From: an uncultured Candidatus Binatia bacterium
GTDB lineage: Bacteria > Desulfobacterota > Binatia > UBA9968 > JAJDTQ01
NCBI GenBank assembly: GCA_965213675.1
Contig: OZ243916.1
Span: forward strand, 1,568,001 to 1,632,000
Length of the DNA stretch: 64,000 nucleotides
Reading direction: 5' to 3'
In this document: positions 57,517-64,000 of the stretch, piece by piece
Layout of the letters: every line of letters starts with the position of its first letter
Numbering within the stretch: the stretch's first letter is position 1
The notes under the pieces: model-generated
Told to the model about the DNA's origin: nothing
Database searches by the model: none
The model's input: the letters and a program-made list of their open reading frames with translations, nothing else
Position numbers and translations under genes: made by a program

Positions 57517-59934
57517 TCAGAACGCCCCGGCGTCCTCCATGCCGCGAATCTGGTCGTGGGTCATGCCCAGCAGACCGTTCAGCACCGCGTGGGTGTCCTG
57601 GCCCAGGAGCGGCGCATGGCGACGTATTTCTCCCGGCGTCTCCGAAAGCTTGGTCGCGATGCCCGGCAGCGTGAGCCGGCCTTGGCGCGGATGTTCGTGG
57701 GCGACCACGGAACCGCGGGCGCGCAGGTGCGGGTCGTGGACCAGGGTGGTGCCGTCGCACACCATCCCGGCCGTCACGCCATGGCTCTGGAGGATCTCCA
57801 TGACCTCGCGCGGGGTGCGTTGCCGGGTCCACTCGCTCACGAGTCGGTCCAGGGCCGCACTGTCGGCCCGGCGCGATTCCGCGACGGCGAACCGCTGATC
57901 GTCCAACGCCGGGACGTTCCCCGTTGCTTCACGGAACCGCCGCCATTCCTCTTCGCCTTCCACGGAGATCGCACACCAGGCGTCCCCGCCCCGGCAAGGG
58001 TAGCAGCCGTGGGGGGCGCACGCCCGGTGGCGGTTGCCGCCGGGCTCTCCAGCGCGCCCGTTGACCAACGCGTCCAGCATGGCCGGCCCGATGAGCGAGG
58101 CGGTGACCTCGGCCTGGGCGATGTCGATGAGCTGTCCCTTGCCAGTGAGGGCACGATGGTGCAGTGCCGCCATGAGCACGAAGGCCATGTGCACGGAGAC
58201 GATGTAGTCCGGATAGGAGGTCTGCGACCCCACCGGGGCGCCGGCGTCCGGGTGATTCCAAAGCCAGGTCATTCCCGAGAACGGCATGAGGCTGGGACCC
58301 CACGTGACATAGTCTCTCCGGGGTCCGGTGGCGCCCATTCCCTGGAGCCGGATCATGATGAGGTCGGGTTTGAGCGCCTTGAGCTCTTCGTAGCCCAGCC
58401 CCAGGCGGTCCATGACCCCGACACTGAAGTTCTCCACCACCACGTCGCTCCGGGCAACGATCTGGCGCGCGACCTCCCGGCCCTCTCCGGTCTTGAGATT
58501 GGCGGTGACCGACCGCTTGTTGCGGTTGTGATCCGCGAAGGGGAGCGACGCTTCCACGTCCTTGTTGCCTTCGCGGATGCGCCAGGTATCGGGACGCGCC
58601 CGCGACTCGATCTTGATGACGTCGGCGCCGAAATACGCCAGCTGCATGGTACCGTAGGGTCCCGCCACCATGTGAGTGAAATCGGCCACGCGGATGCCGG
58701 CCAATGGCGGCTCGCTTGCCGGCGCCACCGGGGCGCCCGCACGCGCCGTTGCGTTCCTTCGCGGCCCCGCAGGCGCCGGGGACTCCGCGCCGAATAACTC
58801 CCGATCATGTTCTCCCACGGCCGGCGCGTGATGGCGAAAGCGCCAGCCATCGGTCTTGCAGGCACGCCCGGGAAACTCCATGGGGCCGAGACGCGGGTGC
58901 ACCGTATCGACGACGAAACCGCGCGATCGTATGTGCGGGTCCCGAACGAAGTCCAGGGGCGTGTTCACCGGGGCGCAGGGGATGTGGCGCGCCTGCAATT
59001 CCTCGTAGACCTTCTCCTTGGGCAGGGCAGCCAGGATTGCCGACACCACCCGGTCCACTTCCGCCACGTGGGCGCGCCGATAGACGGGTTCCTCGAACTC
59101 CTGGCGCGCCAGCGCCTCCGGGCGGCCGAGCCAGTCCACGAACCGGCCCCAAGCGCCCGGTTGCGAGTTGGTGACGAAGATGTGCACGAAACCGTCGGCA
59201 CAGCGGTAGATGGTGCCGGGGGTGGCGAAACGGTGCTGGGTGCCGTCCCGGCGCGGATGCGCGCCCGTGGCGGCCGACCGCGACACCAGGTTCTCCATGG
59301 CCGCCAGGCAGTCCATCATAGAAACGTCGATGTGCTGTCCCGGACCGCCCCGGCGCACGTGCCACAGCGCCACGAGGGTGGCCAGGGCGGCGTGGGCCGA
59401 GCCCACCAGGAACGCTTGGGCGCCGGGCGCGTTCACCGGCGGGGCCGACGGCTTGCCACTCACGTACATGAGCCCGCCCATGGCAAAGGCCGTCAGCGCG
59501 GACCACCGATAGCCGCTGTAAGGACCGGTCTGACCGAAGGCCGTGATCGACGTATACACCAACCGGGGATGCACGGCGCGCAGATCCGGGTACCCCAGAC
59601 CCATGGCTGGAAGAGTGCCGGGCTTGGTGCCTTCCACCAGCGCGTCCGCCTGGCGCGCCAGCCGCCGCACCCGCTCCCGGCCCGCCTCGGTAGCCAAGTC
59701 CGCGGTGACGCTCTTCTTGTTGGCGTTGAAGTAGAGAAACGGCAGGCTTCGGTCCGGACCCGGCCGGTCGTCCACGAACGGCGGCTCGCGCCGCGACGGG
59801 CTGCCGCCGGGCGGCTCCACCTTGATCACCTCGGCGCCGAAATCCGCCAGGAGCTTGCCGCAGTACTCGCCCTCCGCGCCGGCGAGTTCCACAACCCTCA
59901 CGCCCTCCAACGCCTGTGGTGTGTTCTGTGGCAT
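57517..59934 (-). CDS. Family III CoA-transferase, two fused CaiB/BaiF domains
   Basis: Two copies of L.G.RV..., GA.VIK.E, N.NK.S and AP..G. Confidence 0.93.
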   Translation of the reverse strand: MPQNTPQALEGVRVVELAGAEGEYCGKLLADFGAEVIKVEPPGGSPSRREPPFVDDRPGPDRSLPFLYFNANKKSVTADLATEAGRERVRRLARQADALVEGTKPGTLPAMGLGYPDLRAVHPRLVYTSITAFGQTGPYSGYRWSALTAFAMGGLMYVSGKPSAPPVNAPGAQAFLVGSAHAALATLVALWHVRRGGPGQHIDVSMMDCLAAMENLVSRSAATGAHPRRDGTQHRFATPGTIYRCADGFVHIFVTNSQPGAWGRFVDWLGRPEALARQEFEEPVYRRAHVAEVDRVVSAILAALPKEKVYEELQARHIPCAPVNTPLDFVRDPHIRSRGFVVDTVHPRLGPMEFPGRACKTDGWRFRHHAPAVGEHDRELFGAESPAPAGPRRNATARAGAPVAPASEPPLAGIRVADFTHMVAGPYGTMQLAYFGADVIKIESRARPDTWRIREGNKDVEASLPFADHNRNKRSVTANLKTGEGREVARQIVARSDVVVENFSVGVMDRLGLGYEELKALKPDLIMIRLQGMGATGPRRDYVTWGPSLMPFSGMTWLWNHPDAGAPVGSQTSYPDYIVSVHMAFVLMAALHHRALTGKGQLIDIAQAEVTASLIGPAMLDALVNGRAGEPGGNRHRACAPHGCYPCRGGDAWCAISVEGEEEWRRFREATGNVPALDDQRFAVAESRRADSAALDRLVSEWTRQRTPREVMEILQSHGVTAGMVCDGTTLVHDPHLRARGSVVAHEHPRQGRLTLPGIATKLSETPGEIRRHAPLLGQDTHAVLNGLLGMTHDQIRGMEDAGAF

Positions 59935-60064
59935 CGCCCTGACCGTTCGAAGGGCTCAGCACGCGCGGAGCGTCAAAGCCCCGCGGTTCACGACACGCAT
60001 CCGCCGGGCAGGACACTCGCGTCTGGCCCGGAGCCGAGACCTCTGAACCCCTGACTCCCGGCGA

Positions 60065-61186
60065 CTATCCGCGGCGATCCAGGGGCGTGAACACCAGGCC
60101 CGTCGCGCCCACGTACTGTGAATTAGGCCTGTACAGACGGTTGTGCTCCATCTGCTCGATGACATGGGCCGACCACCCCACCACCCGGCTCATGGCGAAG
60201 ATGGGGGTGTTCAGGGCTATGGGAATGTTCATCATGTGGTAGATGGGGGCGGCGTAGAAATCCACGTTGGGGCACAGGTTTTTCTCCCGCCGCATGATCT
60301 CCTCGACCGTGACGCAGATGTCGCTCAACCGGGTGTCGTCGAGCTGCTTGCCCAAGAGCGCGCCCCACTTCTTGGCCACCTCCACGCGCGAGTCCGCGGT
60401 CTTGTAGATGCGGTGGCCGAATCCCATGACGCGCTTTTTCTGCCGCAGGCTCTCCTCCACCCAGGCCGCGGCCCGGGAAGGCTCCCCGATCTCCAGGATC
60501 ACGTCCATGGCCTTCTCGTTGGCGCCGCCGTGGAGCGGCCCCTTCAGGGCGGCGATGGCACCCACCACCGCGCCGTAGAGGTCCGACAGCGTGGAGGCGA
60601 TGACCCGGGCCGTGAAGGTGGAGGCGTTGAACTCGTGCTCCATGTAGAGGATCAGCGTCACCTCCAGCACCCGGGCCTCGAACTCGTCCGAACGCTCGCC
60701 GCGCAGCATGTAGAGGAAGTTGGCCGCGTGGTTGAGCGCCGGGTCCGGCGCCACCACCTCCAGTCCCTGGGAGAGCCGGTGCAGCGCCGCCACCACCGTG
60801 GCCAAACGCGCCAGGAGACGCGTCGCCTTCCTCAGGTTGGCGTCGCGGGAGTCGTCGCGCGCATCGGGATCGTGAAGCGCCAGCGCCGACACCGCGGTGC
60901 GCAGGGCGTCCATGGGCACCGCCTCCGCGGGGAGCGACTCCAGGCATTCGACCACGCCCGGCGGCAAGACCCGTTGCGAGCGCAACTCCTGATCGAATGC
61001 CTGGAACTCGGCCCGGTCGGGAAGCCGGCCGTGCAACACCAGCCAGGCGACCTCTTCGAATGTCGCCTGCTCCGCCAGATCGTGCACGTCGTAACCGCGG
61101 TAGATCAGCTCGCCCTCCGGGCGTACCGAGCAAATCGCCGTCTCCCCTGCCACCACTCCTTCGAGTCCTGGCCTCACCTCTGACAT
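60065..61186 (-). CDS. Citrate synthase family, 2-methylcitrate synthase-like
   Basis: GLEGV, YRGY, EHEFNASTF (PrpC-like), GPLHGGANE, GFGHR.YK and PNVDF. Confidence 0.88.
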   Translation of the reverse strand: MSEVRPGLEGVVAGETAICSVRPEGELIYRGYDVHDLAEQATFEEVAWLVLHGRLPDRAEFQAFDQELRSQRVLPPGVVECLESLPAEAVPMDALRTAVSALALHDPDARDDSRDANLRKATRLLARLATVVAALHRLSQGLEVVAPDPALNHAANFLYMLRGERSDEFEARVLEVTLILYMEHEFNASTFTARVIASTLSDLYGAVVGAIAALKGPLHGGANEKAMDVILEIGEPSRAAAWVEESLRQKKRVMGFGHRIYKTADSRVEVAKKWGALLGKQLDDTRLSDICVTVEEIMRREKNLCPNVDFYAAPIYHMMNIPIALNTPIFAMSRVVGWSAHVIEQMEHNRLYRPNSQYVGATGLVFTPLDRRG

Positions 61187-61575
61187 CGATGCCTCCTGGA
61201 ACGGCGCCGCGCAGGCGTCCAAGCCGTCTCCTGAACCTATCACTTATCTTGCAACCATCGCGTGAGCGCGATAGGGCACACTTACTTCAACGGGAGACGG
61301 CCTTCAACCGTTTCCCGTAGCCTCGAGCCGGAGTTGAACGGGAAGGAGAGCGACATGAACCGGTTCGTCAAGCCCGTGGCGGCCCTCGGCCTCTGTATCG
61401 CGCTGGGCGCGACCGCGGCGACGGCGCGGGTACGGGCCGCGGACGATCCGGTTTCCGGTCACATGGTGGCGTCAGGCCATGACAGGCATTCGGTGTTTGA
61501 AATACCCCGCCTCCTGCTCTATCGTAGCCCGGTGCGATCAGGACTGGGCTCTTCAACCCCACAAGGAGAACCATC

Positions 61576-62616
61576 ATGGATCGACGTTTGGCATGGATCG
61601 GGCTGATGGTGGCGGTGCTGCTGGCGTGCGCGGGCACGGCTGGAGCGGCGTCTTTCTATGAAAAGAAGACCGTCAAGATCGTTTCGGTGCACGCGCCAGG
61701 GGGCGGTTACGACACCTACTCCCGTCTGTTCGGGCGTCATCTCGGGAAACACATTCCAGGCAAGCCCAAGGTCATCGTCGTCAACATACCGGGGGCCAGC
61801 GGTCTCATCGGCACCAACTACGTCTACAATGTCACCAAGCCGGACGGCCTGACCCTGATCCAGCCGAGTTGGGGCGTGGCCCAGGCGCAGTTCCTGGGTT
61901 TCCCGGACATCAGGTACGACGTCACCAAGATGATCTGGCTGGGTCTGGCCAACAGCGGCCCCGTCACCGCGGTGGTGCGAAAGGAATCGCCGATTCAGAC
62001 CATGGATCAGTGGCTCGACCCCAAGACCAAGCCATTGATCTTCGGCTGTACGTCGCTCAACAGCCTTACCTGCAGCATTCCCTTGGCCTTGAACGACATT
62101 TTCGGCAAGACCTCGGAGATCGTGTCCGGCTATGTGGGAACGGCGCGCATCCGCGCCGCGCTGTTGCAGAGTGAGGTGGACGGGCTCACCGGGTGGAGCT
62201 GGGACTCGGTGAAGTCCACCGGCATGTCGATGATCGACGACGGGGATGCCAAGATCATGTCGTACATCGGCTTCGACCGTCATCCAGAGCTGGACGAGCG
62301 CAAGGTGCCTTTCGTCAACGAACGGATCACCAAGCCCGCGGACATCGCCTTCATGGAAGTGCTGCTCCTGCCGGCGGCCATGTTGCGGCCCTGGGCCGTG
62401 CCTCCGGGGACACCCGCGGACCGGGTGGGAATGCTGCGGACGGCCTTCGAAGCGACGCTGAAGGATCCCGGGTTTCTGGCGGACGCCAAGCGCACCCGCC
62501 TGGACATCAACCCCAAGAGCGGCAAATGGCTGACGGACCTCATCAGGAACATGAAGACGCAGATGAGTCCGGAGGTGCTGAGCCGCGCCCGGAAGATCGT
62601 GGGCCTGGACAAATAG
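61576..62616 (+). CDS. Tripartite tricarboxylate transporter substrate-binding protein (TctC/Bug)
   Basis: Signal peptide, PGGGYD.YSR, N.PGASG, PDGLT and PPGTP.DRV..LR.AF...LKDP.F. Confidence 0.92.
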   Translation: MDRRLAWIGLMVAVLLACAGTAGAASFYEKKTVKIVSVHAPGGGYDTYSRLFGRHLGKHIPGKPKVIVVNIPGASGLIGTNYVYNVTKPDGLTLIQPSWGVAQAQFLGFPDIRYDVTKMIWLGLANSGPVTAVVRKESPIQTMDQWLDPKTKPLIFGCTSLNSLTCSIPLALNDIFGKTSEIVSGYVGTARIRAALLQSEVDGLTGWSWDSVKSTGMSMIDDGDAKIMSYIGFDRHPELDERKVPFVNERITKPADIAFMEVLLLPAAMLRPWAVPPGTPADRVGMLRTAFEATLKDPGFLADAKRTRLDINPKSGKWLTDLIRNMKTQMSPEVLSRARKIVGLDK

Positions 62617-62864
62617 CCACGTGAGAGTTCGTCGGATCGAGAGGTCGCCGGTTTACCCCTGGCCGTTCCGACACGCGGGTTGAGTCCATGCCGGCGCGGT
62701 TCGCCCGCGGCGCGGCATCGGAACGCGGGTCGGATCAACCCGAGGCGCAGTCCGAACTGCCTCTTGGGGAGTTCGGAAAGCCGCCGGGCCGGGCACGACG
62801 CAGGCGGCCTCCACCATTGGATCGCAACACATTGGACGGAAGAGACAAGGGAGGAACAACGTAC

Positions 62865-63905
62865 ATGTTACCGAAAATCATATTCATCGGGCTCGTGATG
62901 GCCGTCCTGGCGGCTGGCGGCAGTGCCGGCGCGGCGGATTCTTACTACAAGGGCAAAACGGTCAGGATCGTCTCGGTGAGCGCGCCGGGAGGCGGCTACG
63001 ACACCTATTCGCGGCTGTTCGCGCGGCACTTGGGGAACCATATACCGGGCAAACCCAACGTGATCGTCATCAACATTCCGGGCGGGAGCGGCCTCATCGG
63101 CACGAATTACGTGTACAACGTCACCAAGCGGGACGGCCTCGCCCTCGTGCACCCCACCTGGACCGTCGCGCAGGCGCAGTTCCTGAACTTTCCGGGGGTC
63201 AAGTACGACGTCAACAAGTTCATCTGGCTGGGACTCGCCAATGCCGGTCCCATCACGGTGGTGGTGCGCACGGGTTCGCCCATTCAGAGCATGGATCAGT
63301 GGCTCGATCCGAAGACCAAGCCTTTGATTTTCGGCTGCACGGCTCGTAACAGCCTGACCTGCAGCATCCCCCTCGCCATGAACGACATCTTCGGCAACAC
63401 GTCCAAGATCGTTCCCGGGTACAAGGGCACCGCGCCGGTGCGCGCGGGCCTGCTGCAAAACGAGGTGGACGCGCTCACCGGTTGGAGCTGGGATTCGGTG
63501 AAGTCCACCGGCATGTCCATGCTTGAAGACGGCGCCATCAAGATCATCGCCTACATCGGCGAGGAGCGTCACCCGGAGCTCGAGGCGCGAAACGTGCCGC
63601 TTTTGAACGAAAGGATCACGAAGCCGGCGGATGTGGCCTTCATGAAGGTCCTGCTGCTTCCGGCCGCCATGCTGCGCCCCTGGGCGCTGCCGCCCAACAC
63701 CCCCGAGGACAAGGTGGCGATCCTGCGGAAGGCCTTTGAAGACACCATGAAGGATCCCGCTTTCCTGGCGGACGCCAAGCGCGCGCGTTTGGACATCAAC
63801 CCCCAGAGTGGCGAGCACCTCACGGCGCTCATGGCCGAAATGAAAAAGCAGATGACGCCGGAAGTCGTGAGCCGCGCGCGCAGGATCGTCGGCCTGGACA
63901 AGTAG
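62865..63905 (+). CDS. TctC/Bug substrate-binding protein, close paralog of the upstream gene
   Basis: Same motifs, with long identical stretches such as MDQWLDPKTKPLIFGC and LTGWSWDSVKSTGMSM. GGGAGG RBS. Confidence 0.92.
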   Translation: MLPKIIFIGLVMAVLAAGGSAGAADSYYKGKTVRIVSVSAPGGGYDTYSRLFARHLGNHIPGKPNVIVINIPGGSGLIGTNYVYNVTKRDGLALVHPTWTVAQAQFLNFPGVKYDVNKFIWLGLANAGPITVVVRTGSPIQSMDQWLDPKTKPLIFGCTARNSLTCSIPLAMNDIFGNTSKIVPGYKGTAPVRAGLLQNEVDALTGWSWDSVKSTGMSMLEDGAIKIIAYIGEERHPELEARNVPLLNERITKPADVAFMKVLLLPAAMLRPWALPPNTPEDKVAILRKAFEDTMKDPAFLADAKRARLDINPQSGEHLTALMAEMKKQMTPEVVSRARRIVGLDK

Positions 63906-64000
63906 GTTGCGTCGCACAGGGTTGCGCCGGGCCGGAGTGCGGGACCGGTCCCGGCGCGTGGGCGCGCCGGGAACAAGGAGAAACGCATGTCGAACCTCTC

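Noticed and set aside
18222-60054. Long antisense ORFs (for example 18222-21038, 22350-24992, 38017-40395, 54601-57333)
   Set aside because: These are shadow frames of real genes, expected in high-GC DNA, and show no recognisable motifs.
1-64000. tRNA, rRNA, riboswitch, reverse transcriptase or second CRISPR array
   Set aside because: No such signatures were recognised. A covariance-model search would be needed to exclude small RNAs.

Overview
GC-rich bacterial window. 1-12.1 kb is a composite CRISPR-Cas locus. The 3' end of a type III-B cmr6 gene runs directly into a type I-G (I-U) block: cas3 with a C-terminal HD domain, a short cas8g, a cas4-cas1 fusion and cas2. No cas7 or cas5/6 gene is visible in the window. 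A leader and an array of 65 complete 36-bp repeats follow. The 66th repeat is cut by an IS21 left end, and one orphan repeat lies about 490 bp further on. 12.7-45 kb is mostly catabolic and transport genes: molybdenum hydroxylases (including a form-II-like coxSML), amidohydrolases, an amidase, a cupin, an SDR, fprA, gnd/pgl, GH15 and ABC transporters. This stretch also holds an RRM + DEAD-box RNA module. It also holds a two-domain sulfurtransferase whose catalytic codon is an in-frame TGA followed by a SECIS-like hairpin, so it is probably a selenoprotein that the ORF track truncates. 45.3-52.8 kb is a decayed defence/mobile region with three toxin-antitoxin pairs, two truncated restriction-modification genes each directly behind a TA pair, and a tandem tyrosine-integrase pair fused by a deletion. 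52.8-64 kb is an acyl-CoA/carboxylate catabolic cluster plus tandem TctC/Bug paralogs. No tRNA or rRNA was seen. All calls come from reading motifs by eye; no database searches were run.
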